From the NCBI GenBank assembly GCA_009691445.1, contig SICL01000007.1:6916-70915 (forward strand): a stretch of DNA of 64,000 nt, given 5' to 3'. Origin of the DNA: Candidatus Taenariivivens baikalensis (lineage in GTDB: Bacteria; Omnitrophota; Omnitrophia; Omnitrophales; Aquincolibacteriaceae). How positions within the stretch are numbered: position 1 is the stretch's first letter; each line of letters begins with the position of its first letter. Below the pieces are notes generated by a model. It saw nothing but the letters and a program-made list of their open reading frames with translations. It had not been told where the DNA came from and searched no databases. The translations under genes and the position numbers were made by a program. Positions 38,060 to 48,051 of this stretch are shown one piece after another.

Positions 38060-39964
38060 TTAAGTCTGACTATAGTAGCGGGTATAAGTGTTGTAGTAAT
38101 ACTTGGAATAACCGTGATAACGCTCTTTATCCATATCCACCATATTCAGAGTCACCCCGATAATCTGAACTCCCGACTTTGTCAGCTGAGCCTGGGTATG
38201 GCGGATCAAATCAAGCGGAGTCCTTCCTGCCGCAATCACTAAAATAATATGCCCGATCAAACTACCGAGCACAAACCCATCTCCGATACCCGTCAGGGGC
38301 GGGCAATCCACAATCACCCGGTCAAAACGTTCCGCAGCCAGTTTAAGGAATTCCTTCATGCGCTCTGATCCCAGAATCGCCGCTGGATTAGGAGAAGTAG
38401 GTCCGCTTGTCACCAGCGTAAGATCTTCAATGCTTGATTGTTTGAGGATGGAGTCAAAATCAAGTTTGCTTGTTAGAAAATTCGAAAGCCCCGAAGTGTT
38501 ATCCAGTTTAAAAATTTTATGCAAGGTAGGGCGGCGCATATCGGCATCAATAAGCAAGGTTCGGTTCCCATCTAACGCCAGAGAAACAGCAATATTGTCC
38601 GCGGTAAACGACTTACCTTCGTGAGGAAGACAACTCGTCAACACCAAGGTCTTCAAAGATTCGGGTGAAGCAGAAAAATTAATGGAAACACGCAAATAGC
38701 GAAAACTTTCGGCAATTTCTGATTTCGCATCATGAAAGGCCATAATCCCTTTTTTGCCGTCTAACAAGGCCCGATCCTTAATCATGGGAAGCGGGCCGAG
38801 GAAAGGAAGGCTAAGTCCCTTGCGTTCCAAATCCTCCATCGAATGAATCGAATCATCAAAGTAATCAATCAGGAAAATGAGAAAACAACTGGCTAAAATC
38901 TCAATAATGGCCGCTACAAGAATCGTCTTATTACGGGAATTGGGCAGAGGTGATTTCGGGATCTCTGCCTCTTCCAGGATCCGGGCAACATTGACATTCA
39001 ACCGGCCTTCTGCCCGCGCTTTCAAACCATCCACAATGCGCTGTTTCTCGCCTTTAATGCTGTCTTCCAGGAATTTAATACTGGCACGCTCTTTGATGAT
39101 CTTAGGATGCTTCTCACGATACTGTCCCAAAAGCAGCTTGAGATCGGCCGATTCGCTGGATTTTTTTTCTAAAAGTTTACGAATCGTATCATCCGTGCGG
39201 ACCGAGGGAAGACTGTCAATCAACTCTTCCCGCGTCATTTGCTTCATGCCGCCCATAGGATCTTTGATCGTCACGGTTTCCTTAGGATCGCCGCCCTGGG
39301 GAAGCCAATTCAAAATTTCTCGGGAATAATACAACATATCTTCGAAATTTTTGCGGATATAGGCTCTGCTCACTGCGTTGGCAATATTCGCTGCTAACTC
39401 AGCATCTGCAGCCGACGCCTCAATACTTAAAATGCGACTTTCTTCAATCCGGATCACATTCACCATCCCTCGGAGATTATGAACCGCGGCATCAACATCC
39501 TTCTTTTCAAAGTAAGTTTCCAGTCTCAATTCCTGGACCACTTGTTTTAAAACCGAAGAGCCCTTAATAATCGCCATTTGCGTCGCATAATAGTCCGCTC
39601 CAAAAGCAGCGCTGAGCGACTCATTTCTGCCGTCCGATTTGCTAAACGCATCCTGAGCATTCGTCGGAGGGCGCTCAACAATCACTTGAGCCACCGCCTG
39701 ATATCGCACCGGCATCTTGGAGGTATAAATAAAGGCGAAGGTAAGAGCAATAATCAGAAAAGTAAAGATGACATAAAAATTCTTCGTGATGAGAAAGAAG
39801 TAATATTTATAATCAATGGGTTTTTCTACTTCTTCCCCATAGCCACCGGGATAATAAGGCGCACTATTCGGCTGAGGCATCAACGGCGTCTGCTGCATTC
39901 TAGGTTCTTGCATATCCATCCTCCTTTCCGCCAACCAGCGTTGGACGAATCCGTCCTCTGGCAA
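38060..39964 (-). CDS. Polysaccharide co-polymerase / tyrosine autokinase (Wzc/EpsG-type BY-kinase)
   Basis: An N-terminal Wzz-like region with a TM (YYFFLITKNFYVIFTFLIIALTFAFIY), a second TM (ILVAAIIEILASCFLIFLIDYF), Walker A LTSCLPHEGKSF, Walker A' LLIDADMRRP and a C-terminal Tyr cluster HGYSKYYYNTYTRYYSQT. Confidence 0.8.
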   Translation of the reverse strand: MPEDGFVQRWLAERRMDMQEPRMQQTPLMPQPNSAPYYPGGYGEEVEKPIDYKYYFFLITKNFYVIFTFLIIALTFAFIYTSKMPVRYQAVAQVIVERPPTNAQDAFSKSDGRNESLSAAFGADYYATQMAIIKGSSVLKQVVQELRLETYFEKKDVDAAVHNLRGMVNVIRIEESRILSIEASAADAELAANIANAVSRAYIRKNFEDMLYYSREILNWLPQGGDPKETVTIKDPMGGMKQMTREELIDSLPSVRTDDTIRKLLEKKSSESADLKLLLGQYREKHPKIIKERASIKFLEDSIKGEKQRIVDGLKARAEGRLNVNVARILEEAEIPKSPLPNSRNKTILVAAIIEILASCFLIFLIDYFDDSIHSMEDLERKGLSLPFLGPLPMIKDRALLDGKKGIMAFHDAKSEIAESFRYLRVSINFSASPESLKTLVLTSCLPHEGKSFTADNIAVSLALDGNRTLLIDADMRRPTLHKIFKLDNTSGLSNFLTSKLDFDSILKQSSIEDLTLVTSGPTSPNPAAILGSERMKEFLKLAAERFDRVIVDCPPLTGIGDGFVLGSLIGHIILVIAAGRTPLDLIRHTQAQLTKSGVQIIGVTLNMVDMDKERYHGYSKYYYNTYTRYYSQT

Positions 39965-39967
39965 ACA

Positions 39968-40831
39968 TTAAAAAATACTTTCGGGAACGTGAATCACATC
40001 TCCGCTCTGAATTTCCATATCCGGGGAACTCCCATTAAAAACATCTTCAACATTAATTTGAAGGGTCTGGCGGTCTTGCGCAGTCTTGCGGACAACTTTG
40101 ACGCGCTTGGTATTGGCAATTTCGGTAAATCCACCGCCAATGGAAATCGCCTGAAGCAGTGTGAATTTCTTGGCTTCTAAAGGAATAGGGTACGTGCCTG
40201 GTTTTCGAACCTGCCCAAGGATGAGAAAACTTTTGTGATTGACAGGTTCACTGTCTTTTTCCCGTTTCAGCTCAATGGAGACTTCGGGATTTACCAGATA
40301 ATCAATATCCAGCATCCGTGCAATTTCCTTTTCAGCTTCATCAATTTTTTTGCCTCCCACATTCACCTTTCCAACCAGAGAAAGCGTAATATTTCCTTCC
40401 GAGTTAACTTCCATTTCTCCGCCCTTGATAAATTCATCCTCAGGATAAATACGAACCAAAATCCGGTGACCCGGTTTGAGCACGACAGGGGCATCGTCGG
40501 CCTCTGCATCAGTCGCTTCACCGGACTCCTGTTTCGCTTCCAAAGCTTTGGTCCCGGATGCTTTTAGAGTCTGCCCTGGAGAAGGCGCTGCAGGGGGCGC
40601 CGGCACAACTTTCACGGGATTCGAAGGGGAGGACGATTTGTCTTCGGCGTGTCTTTGAAAAGAAGAAGTCGATTCTTCGCTCTCGGCAGTCACAGATTTT
40701 TTTTCAGCGCCAAAGGCTGAAGGAAAATGGCTCAAGCCGGCGGTCATCAACGCCACGATTAAACATATTTTCAAGAATTTTTCGCCAAAAAACACGGAAA
40801 ATTCTCCTTTTTGAGTCATGGGCATCTTCAT
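39968..40831 (-). CDS. Polysaccharide export protein, Wza-like (Poly_export + SLBB)
   Basis: Signal peptide; LKPGHRILVRIYPEDEF...GKVNVGGKKIDEAEKEIARML; SLBB-like IPLEAKKFTLLQAISIGGGF; C-terminal IQSGDVIHVPESIF. Confidence 0.7.
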   Translation of the reverse strand: MKMPMTQKGEFSVFFGEKFLKICLIVALMTAGLSHFPSAFGAEKKSVTAESEESTSSFQRHAEDKSSSPSNPVKVVPAPPAAPSPGQTLKASGTKALEAKQESGEATDAEADDAPVVLKPGHRILVRIYPEDEFIKGGEMEVNSEGNITLSLVGKVNVGGKKIDEAEKEIARMLDIDYLVNPEVSIELKREKDSEPVNHKSFLILGQVRKPGTYPIPLEAKKFTLLQAISIGGGFTEIANTKRVKVVRKTAQDRQTLQINVEDVFNGSSPDMEIQSGDVIHVPESIF

Positions 40832-40835
40832 ATTT

Positions 40836-42347
40836 TTAAATCGTCAACCTTAAACTCGTATCCAGTTCATGCACCCGGTAAGCATCCGGCTTCTCATCCG
40901 CCATTCGATAACCAAAAGTATACCCTAAATTAATCGTAGCATGCCGGGTAATTTCATAAGTAAGATCTGCCTGAAACGGAACCGTTACCTGCATCGTTTC
41001 ATTATCTTTCAAATCATTATCATTGGCGAGACTTCCAGATTGATGCGTTTTGTTCTTAAAATGAGTAATGCTTGCCGTGCTACGAGCCGTTAGTTTGCGG
41101 GATAATCGGCTATTAAGAGAAACAGAAAAACTGTCATTGGTAAAATAAATGTCCTGTTTGCTCGTTTCATTCTCCCCTTTACTCACACCTCCCGAAACGA
41201 GTTCCACCGTTGTGTTTTGTAATGATCGGATCAATTGGAAAGTAAGTTGAGTTTTTCCTGTCCACTGCCAAATATAACCGAGCCCTGCATTAAATGTCTT
41301 AGTGGTTCCTGCTTCCAGAGACTTGGGAACCTGCTTGCCCGCAGAAAGGTCAAGACTGGTTGATGATTTTTTAGTGACTTGACCAAAGTAACCCAAATGA
41401 ACGGAATGATCATTTGTATTTCCAGCCTTGGAACGAATCACATTGGTCCCTGCCTGATAGCCCAAGGAAACACGACTCTTGGGAGTGAAGTTCCAAAACA
41501 AACTCGGCGACGACGTGGCTTGCCAGGAGGAATCCTGATCAAAGGCTTCCTGGGGAAACAGACGTTTATCAAAACCAAAGGAGGTATTCGTGGAAAGCTT
41601 ACTGGAAATGGGAAAGTGATAAGCACTGTTAGCACCAAAATCCCACCGGAGTTTATCCTTATTAACTTCAGGTGTCTTTTGATCCACACGGCCCATTTTC
41701 GTCTGAAGAGAATGGGCTATTTTTTTGAAATATTTTCTCCGATAATTGAGGGATTCATGAACTTCATGCATATCTGTCTTCGGATTGGTTGCATGCCACT
41801 GTTTGCCTCCATCAAGCGAAAACCGCAAATCTGTTTTCTTTCCTGACAAATCAATATTCATACCACTTCGGGTATCAAAAAGGGAATCGTCTTTCTCCCG
41901 GTTCAACTGTTTACGACTCGTATTACTGTTATACTTATAGCTTCCCTTAGCTTCAAACTGAAAACGATCACGCTGCGGTAAGGAAAGAAGCTCGATTTTC
42001 ATTTGCTCAAGGCCCTCAGTAATCGCCCGGGCCGCCTCCTGATCCTTGCTGTCATTTTTCAGCTTCTGCTGTTCGCTTAAAATCTTTTCCATTTGTTTAT
42101 CCCGATTTTTCTTTTCCTGAGACGAGGCTTCTTCCAAAATTAGCTGATGATGAAATTGATTTAGTTTTTCCTGCTCAAATTCGTCGTAGCGCTCAGCCTT
42201 CCCCACCACGGAAAATCCTTCTTTCGGAAGGATGGCTAACAGGATAAATGCCCAGAGAGGCATCCTCAAACAACGTTTCACGCGTGTCAAAAAAATCACT
42301 TTTATCTTCATCCTCATCATTTGCAGGTTCAAGGAACGGGCGCTCAT
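40836..42347 (-). CDS. Putative outer-membrane beta-barrel protein (EpsL-like by context)
   Basis: Signal peptide (MPLWAFILLAILPKEGFS), an N-terminal charged coiled region, then ~350 aa of alternating hydrophobic/polar beta-strand-like sequence rich in S/T/G/N/Y. No specific motif was recognised. Confidence 0.4.
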   Translation of the reverse strand: MSARSLNLQMMRMKIKVIFLTRVKRCLRMPLWAFILLAILPKEGFSVVGKAERYDEFEQEKLNQFHHQLILEEASSQEKKNRDKQMEKILSEQQKLKNDSKDQEAARAITEGLEQMKIELLSLPQRDRFQFEAKGSYKYNSNTSRKQLNREKDDSLFDTRSGMNIDLSGKKTDLRFSLDGGKQWHATNPKTDMHEVHESLNYRRKYFKKIAHSLQTKMGRVDQKTPEVNKDKLRWDFGANSAYHFPISSKLSTNTSFGFDKRLFPQEAFDQDSSWQATSSPSLFWNFTPKSRVSLGYQAGTNVIRSKAGNTNDHSVHLGYFGQVTKKSSTSLDLSAGKQVPKSLEAGTTKTFNAGLGYIWQWTGKTQLTFQLIRSLQNTTVELVSGGVSKGENETSKQDIYFTNDSFSVSLNSRLSRKLTARSTASITHFKNKTHQSGSLANDNDLKDNETMQVTVPFQADLTYEITRHATINLGYTFGYRMADEKPDAYRVHELDTSLRLTI

Positions 42348-42386
42348 GACAATTCATGCCGGTCCCCTGAACCTATCAGACTGCAA

Positions 42387-44270
42387 TTAAACGCTGGCTG
42401 CCGCTAAGTTCCTTCGCGCAATTTCAAATTCAGGAATCAAGGTCAATGCGCGCTGAAACGACTCCACCGATTCTTTGACACGTGCCAAGGCATAGAAGGA
42501 ATACCCCCTATTATTGAACGTCTTGGCTCTGATGATTTTATTGGCATCACGCAGAGCCTGAGAAAGATTCGTGAATTTCTTCAGAGCCTCTTCATATTTC
42601 TTCTGTGAGATATAAACATTTCCTAAATTAAAATGGGCCGGTAAATAATCGCCGTTAAACACGAGGGCCTCCCCATATAGTTTTTCCGCCTCTTCCGGTT
42701 GACCCAAAATTTCATAGATGTAAGCAAGCACGGAACAGGTATATTCATCGGGCCCCTGATGATAACCCCGCTTGGCTGATTGCAAACCTTGTTCGATTTT
42801 TCCCAAAAGCAGGGAAACTGTTCCGAACGCACTAAGCGCCCAGGCGTCCTCCGGATTATTTTTTAAACTTTTCGTGAGAAGATCATAAGCCGCCCGGATT
42901 TGGCCCTGTTGAATGGCCCTAAAAGCCAAATCTCTGAGATGCGTCGGTGGTTGATGATAAAGAGACTCCATAACTTCCGCAAATTCGCGGACACCAGGAA
43001 CCATTGCTTCTGCTCGTTCCAAACTCTCATTTCCTTTTTTGATATCGTGGAGATAAAAAATATAAATACTGGCCTTCTCAAGTTCTGCCAGCGCCATCCA
43101 GGCATTTCTTAAATTATCCGGAAGTGTAGAATCCCCGTAACTTTGAACTAAAAGATTGTCATACGCGGATAAGGATTTATCAGCCTCCCCACGCTGGTAG
43201 TAAATATCGGCAAGTTGAACGTTTAAGGCCAAGATTAAATCGCGATTGATATCCTGTTCTTTCAGGAGGTCGCGAATCAGGGGCTGGCTCTCATCCAGGT
43301 TCCCTGCCATTTTCAGGAGCAGTCCGAGATAAAAAATAGCGCGCTGGCGAATATCTCTATTTGCCGCATGCTGAAGGCTTAAAAATACCGTCCTGGCAAG
43401 TTCATTGTCATAAGAAGCCAGATAGCCCAGGCCCAACCGAAAGCGGGATCCTTCGTCAAGGGACAATCCTTTTTGATTCAGATCTGCGAGTTTCAACACC
43501 TGAGATTGCCCTGCCCTTAAACGATCAAGCTGGCGCAGCAAACTTTGCGCGACATCAGCTTCTTTGAGCCCTGAATATCCCCGCCAAACTTCCCAAAGCA
43601 GTTCTTCAGCCTGTTGATTTTTTTTCTCACGCATCAGGACATACGCCAGGGATGTTTGAATCCATCCTTTGTCGCGATCACTCAGATTGAATTTAAGATA
43701 GGTCCGGTAAAGCGTTTCTGCCTCGGAATATTCACCGCGTTTTTCTCTTGCGCGGGCTTCGTCCAAAAGCGGCAGGCCGGAATATTCATAAGCCTCATCA
43801 AGATCGTGACTTTCTAAGGACTGTTTATGCCCACCCCCGCGCAAACGGATCAGTAAAGAAGAAATCCAGGCTTGAATCTTTTCATAAATCTGGACCATAA
43901 TCCTTGAAAAAAAAGAGCGCTCCAATAACTTGGCGGCCCGGACCTGCTCCAGGTAGAGGTGCTCATGGCCATAGTTCCCCCGCGCCGAAGTCTTATCAAA
44001 AGATCTTAAAGCAAGCTCTAGAAAGGCGAGGGTTTTAAAGTTCACCTGCTCTTTAGCCGCCTCTTCGAGAACAAGGCCTTGAAGAATATTACGATAGGCA
44101 TAACGGTCGACCCCTGACTGAGTTGCGGAGTCATCGTGATTCGCAGCCAGGGTTATTTCCAGATTCCGCAGGGAATCATCGACGAGAAATTGAGTATAAA
44201 AAAAGGCACCGAAAAGAAACAAGCCAATCAGGCTGGCAAGGATCAAGAATCCTTTGACGATTGGTTTCAA
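42387..44270 (-). CDS. Membrane-anchored TPR-repeat protein (PrsT-like by context)
   Basis: N-terminal TM MKPIVKGFLILASLIGLFLFGAFFY, then TPR-like repeats throughout (AYDNLLVQSYGDST, AHFNLGNVYISQKKYEEALKKF, etc.). Confidence 0.6.
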   Translation of the reverse strand: MKPIVKGFLILASLIGLFLFGAFFYTQFLVDDSLRNLEITLAANHDDSATQSGVDRYAYRNILQGLVLEEAAKEQVNFKTLAFLELALRSFDKTSARGNYGHEHLYLEQVRAAKLLERSFFSRIMVQIYEKIQAWISSLLIRLRGGGHKQSLESHDLDEAYEYSGLPLLDEARAREKRGEYSEAETLYRTYLKFNLSDRDKGWIQTSLAYVLMREKKNQQAEELLWEVWRGYSGLKEADVAQSLLRQLDRLRAGQSQVLKLADLNQKGLSLDEGSRFRLGLGYLASYDNELARTVFLSLQHAANRDIRQRAIFYLGLLLKMAGNLDESQPLIRDLLKEQDINRDLILALNVQLADIYYQRGEADKSLSAYDNLLVQSYGDSTLPDNLRNAWMALAELEKASIYIFYLHDIKKGNESLERAEAMVPGVREFAEVMESLYHQPPTHLRDLAFRAIQQGQIRAAYDLLTKSLKNNPEDAWALSAFGTVSLLLGKIEQGLQSAKRGYHQGPDEYTCSVLAYIYEILGQPEEAEKLYGEALVFNGDYLPAHFNLGNVYISQKKYEEALKKFTNLSQALRDANKIIRAKTFNNRGYSFYALARVKESVESFQRALTLIPEFEIARRNLAAASV

Positions 44271-44496
44271 AGAAAAAACTCCATTTTGATAGAACTTAAG
44301 CGATGATAATTAGTTATGCTATTAAATGATAGCGAGTGATCGATGTAATTGCAAGCTACAATAGCCGTCAAGTTTCAGAGTAAAAAGACGAATACATCAA
44401 CTCGAAACAAAACGTCCGTCAAACGCCCGACATACTTAAATTATCGTGAGTTTTTTTGCTCATTCATCTCATCAACACCCTTCCGGCTTAACATCA

Positions 44497-45813
44497 ATGA
44501 AAAATCAAAAGACTTCGCTTTTAACTCAGATTGTACTGCGCATCAGCATTCCCCTGGCCATCTTAAGCACGCTTTTTATCTGCTTGTTTCTTAAAATTCA
44601 AATCGATTCTTTAAATCAGCGTCGAGGTGTAGAAACTCAATGGGTCGTGGAACAAATTGCACAGACACTCAATCATCAGCTCCAAACCACGGGCGCCTTT
44701 AACGAAGACGCCCTGAAAACCAAGCTTGCGTCCCTTTCGATCCGTGATCTTCTCAATGTCAACATCATGGATTTCAAAAATAAATTTTTTTTATGGGACG
44801 CGCAAGCTTTTCCCTGGTCCAAGGATGACACCCTGGACAGTGTTCAAAGCCTTCAGTTGAGAACACAAGGGAAACGTTTCTACGGAAAAGCAGACCGCCG
44901 CCATGAATGGCTTGTCTTTTACCTTCCTCTTGAAAACAAAGAACGCGGCGGGATCCTTATCGCCCGAGTTCTTTTTTCACTCAATAATATCCATGGCGCT
45001 CTGAAGGATTCCCGAAATATCTTGATCGGAATTATTCTGCTCATCGTCGGTGCGGGGCTTCTGATCGGAAAAACCTTGTCCAATCTCATCATTAGACCTC
45101 TCAGAATCCTCCGGGAAGCCGCTGAAGAGATCACACAGGGACATTTGGGCAGTCATATCCAGATCGATACCGGAAATGAATTTGAATCCCTGGCTGAAAT
45201 TTTTAATCATATGAGCGATCGGCTGCGGGCAATGCGAACCCAGGCCAAAGACTCCAATCCTCTGACCGGATTGCCAGGAAATATGGGCATCTTCGAAGAA
45301 TTGCAAAGGCGAATTCATGAACGCCAGAAATTCGTGTTTTTTCACGTTGACTTGAACCGTTTCAAAGTATTTAACGACCATTACGGTCTTGCCGAGGGGG
45401 ATAAGGCCATCAAAATGACTGCCGAAGTCCTTAAACGAGCCGCCAAAGAAAAGGGATCTAAAGATACCTTCGTCGGTCATCAAGGGGGCGATGATTATGT
45501 CATCATCACACATCCTTCTCATGGGAAAGAGGTAGGCGAATTTATCTGCACGGCTTTTGACCAGGAAATAGTCCCGGCTCTCTACCCCAAAAGCGACCTT
45601 GAAAGAGGTTATGTGGAAAAAATTGACCGGCGGCAGTTCGCAGAAACCGGCGAAGAAAAAATCGTAAAATTCCCCCTAACTTCGATTGCCGTAGCGGGCG
45701 TCACAAATACCAAAAATGATTTCGCGGATTATTATGACTGCATGGAAAAAGCCGTGAAGGCCAAAACTCTGGCGAAGCAGACCATTGAAAGCTCTTATCT
45801 GATCCAGGAATAA
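44497..45813 (+). CDS. HAMP + GGDEF-domain protein with degenerate active-site motif (HQGGDDY)
   Basis: Start MKNQKTSLLTQIVLRISIPLAILSTLFICLF (TM1). A second TM is ILIGIILLIVGAGLLIG. HAMP: IIRPLRILREAAEEITQGHLG. GGDEF fold: FFHVDLNRFKVFNDHYGLAEGDKAIKMTAEVL ... FVGHQGGDDYVII. Confidence 0.75.
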   Translation: MKNQKTSLLTQIVLRISIPLAILSTLFICLFLKIQIDSLNQRRGVETQWVVEQIAQTLNHQLQTTGAFNEDALKTKLASLSIRDLLNVNIMDFKNKFFLWDAQAFPWSKDDTLDSVQSLQLRTQGKRFYGKADRRHEWLVFYLPLENKERGGILIARVLFSLNNIHGALKDSRNILIGIILLIVGAGLLIGKTLSNLIIRPLRILREAAEEITQGHLGSHIQIDTGNEFESLAEIFNHMSDRLRAMRTQAKDSNPLTGLPGNMGIFEELQRRIHERQKFVFFHVDLNRFKVFNDHYGLAEGDKAIKMTAEVLKRAAKEKGSKDTFVGHQGGDDYVIITHPSHGKEVGEFICTAFDQEIVPALYPKSDLERGYVEKIDRRQFAETGEEKIVKFPLTSIAVAGVTNTKNDFADYYDCMEKAVKAKTLAKQTIESSYLIQE

Positions 45814-45815
45814 GT

Positions 45816-46562
45816 CTAAGCGCGAAGACGGCGCGTCTTGATCCACCTCAAGATCGGCGCAATCCATTCATCCCGCGTCTCATGCACGGCCTGGGGATCG
45901 TCAATCACTGCCACCGTCACACCGCGTTCCTTTAACCGCTCACCGTTCACCCGGATCCGTTCATAGCTGAATTGTGGATCCTGTCTTCCGTGCGCATAGA
46001 GCACCGCCGGAAAAGAAGCGGGATCAATCTTCTCAATCCAATCTTCCGAAGGAGGAGAAGAAATTAAAACCAAATTTTTCCAGCCGGAGGGATGAAGCAC
46101 CGCAAGCTGGCGCGCCATCAAGGCCCCTGAAGAAGCGCCTGCCAGGGTCCGCTGGGCCGTATCCACCGGATAATCCGCCGTGATTTTATCCGCCAGGAAA
46201 TTCAAGGCTTCAAGATCCTCAACCTGATTTTTATACGGATGGGTACGCGAAGGAGCCAGGATCATCACGCGCGCCTTTTGAGCCTGGTCCTGCCATGTTT
46301 CCAGGGCATGCTCCGCCGAATCACCGCTGCCGTGCAGCAACATTAAAAGCGGAAATTTTTCTCCGGGCTTTTGAGATTTAAATCCCAAAAGATAAAAAGG
46401 AACGGCTTGATGATACCGGTCGGCAAAAGGCCCCTTGGGCAAAAAATTCCCTTCCGTAATGACCGTATCCCCCATGATTTTTGTTTTTAAATGATCCATG
46501 CAGGACATCGAAGAAAGCATGACAGAAACCAGGGCGAGAGATAAAAAAGAAGAAATCTTCAT
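45816..46562 (-). CDS. Secreted alpha/beta-hydrolase fold esterase (PHB depolymerase/carboxylesterase-like)
   Basis: The likely start is MKISSFLSLALVSVMLSS (signal). LLMLLHGSGDSAEH; nucleophile-elbow-like LAGASSGALMA; late HG motif VLYAHGRQD. Confidence 0.55.
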   Translation of the reverse strand: MKISSFLSLALVSVMLSSMSCMDHLKTKIMGDTVITEGNFLPKGPFADRYHQAVPFYLLGFKSQKPGEKFPLLMLLHGSGDSAEHALETWQDQAQKARVMILAPSRTHPYKNQVEDLEALNFLADKITADYPVDTAQRTLAGASSGALMARQLAVLHPSGWKNLVLISSPPSEDWIEKIDPASFPAVLYAHGRQDPQFSYERIRVNGERLKERGVTVAVIDDPQAVHETRDEWIAPILRWIKTRRLRA

Positions 46563-46575
46563 CGGTTTAAAAAAA

Positions 46576-48051
46576 TCATTTTGTTTTTGAGAATAAAACC
46601 TTGTCAAAATCATCCCGTAAAAGACCAAGGCTGGCACCCATGATGATATAGGTGAGGACCGACATTGAAACACGCTCTAAAAGATGGTTGAAAGCTCCAT
46701 GCGAAAAAATCATCACCACGGCGGAAAGCAAAGATAAAGAAAGGATATATTGAAACCGACTCTTCACTTTAAAAAGGCGGATTGCTGCCTCTAAAAGATA
46801 GACGGCAAGAAAGAGAAAATAGAGATAAGCCCCAATTCCTTCTTCCGCCAACAACTGAAGGTAGTGATTCATGGATTCGTAACTTGCAAAATCAAACTGC
46901 CCGTCAGGCGCTTTTTCAACGGCATAATGCTGGGCAAAATCCTTATAGGCTCCGGTTCCGACTCCCCAAAGAGGATAATCCCGATGCATCCCGAGAGCGC
47001 GTCTTGCACCCTCCTTATTCGTTGAAAAACTAGTTCGATGCTGGGCATCCGCATTTTCTCCAGAAAGCGTCTGGAGTTCCTTCCAAACCCCTTTTAAATT
47101 GCCGGACCAAAGATTGAAACCTCCTGTAATTAAAACCACGGCCAAAACCAACTGAAGATAGGCTCGGGACCGGAACCAAAGAAGGATCCCTAAAAGAAAT
47201 CCAAAAAAAAGAAGACTAAAACACAAGATTGTTCCTCGGGAAAAAAGAAGAAGAATGGAAGTGGTAATGACGAGGCAGACGGTCAAAAACAAAAAAAAAG
47301 GCTGCAGAACCTTTAAAGGAATCCGGGAAGAACCGCGGCTTTTTTCTGTGTGCCAAGCGTCCCTAAAAAGCTCAAAGTGATAAACGAGCAAACCCAAAGC
47401 AGAAAAAAAACCAATGGCCATCACATCTCCCACGTAATTAACGTGGGCAAACTGCTCGACCAGGTATTTCCCCGCCCACGGGTGCGCATAAAAAATAGGG
47501 GGAAAAAATCCTGATTGTGCGAAGTTACCGGATCCCCAATGGTAAACCGGAGGAACGCCAGGATGGCGCATCAACGGCGGGATCGCCACAATCGCCAGAA
47601 AAAATCCTGCGAGGGATAAGAAGTTGTGCAAGCGTCCTGCCTGTGAACGGCGGCAAAAAAGCTGATAGGCGAGAAAAAAGCATCCGAACGAATAAGTCCA
47701 TCGCCAAAGCGCCTGAAGATAATAACCAGTCTGCGGGCCGTAAAGACTCTGCTCGGATCCGCCGCCCAGCTTCATGAACGCAGCACGAATATATTCGTAC
47801 GCAAGAAAAATACTGAGAGCCGCCAAAGTCCACTTACCGGAAACCATTTTCCAGGAAATCACACCGGGCGAGATGAGACATAAACCCAGGAGTCCAAATC
47901 CCGCTCCATACTGAACCCTTAAATGGAGGTCTTGATCCGAACCTAGGGAGAAAAATAAAAGAAGAAGAAACGCATAAAAAAGAAATTCAAAAATAACCGG
48001 CGAAGAATTTTTCTGCGACATTGTACTCAAGGGTGGAATACGCTCCTCCAA
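46576..48051 (-). CDS. O-antigen ligase (Wzy_C) family polytopic membrane protein
   Basis: At least 10 predicted TMs; a large periplasmic loop with HRDYPLWGVGTGAYKDF and SMNHYLQLLAEEGIGAYLYFL, which are typical of WaaL/Wzy_C ligases. Confidence 0.6.
   Translation of the reverse strand: MEERIPPLSTMSQKNSSPVIFEFLFYAFLLLLFFSLGSDQDLHLRVQYGAGFGLLGLCLISPGVISWKMVSGKWTLAALSIFLAYEYIRAAFMKLGGGSEQSLYGPQTGYYLQALWRWTYSFGCFFLAYQLFCRRSQAGRLHNFLSLAGFFLAIVAIPPLMRHPGVPPVYHWGSGNFAQSGFFPPIFYAHPWAGKYLVEQFAHVNYVGDVMAIGFFSALGLLVYHFELFRDAWHTEKSRGSSRIPLKVLQPFFLFLTVCLVITTSILLLFSRGTILCFSLLFFGFLLGILLWFRSRAYLQLVLAVVLITGGFNLWSGNLKGVWKELQTLSGENADAQHRTSFSTNKEGARRALGMHRDYPLWGVGTGAYKDFAQHYAVEKAPDGQFDFASYESMNHYLQLLAEEGIGAYLYFLFLAVYLLEAAIRLFKVKSRFQYILSLSLLSAVVMIFSHGAFNHLLERVSMSVLTYIIMGASLGLLRDDFDKVLFSKTK

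Noticed and set aside
45825-45839. Hairpin AAGACG-GCG-CGTCTT between convergent GGDEF and esterase genes as a bidirectional terminator
   Set aside because: It lies inside the 3' coding end of the esterase gene (encoding ...RRLRA), has only a 6-bp stem and no flanking T/A tract on either strand. It is not callable as a terminator.
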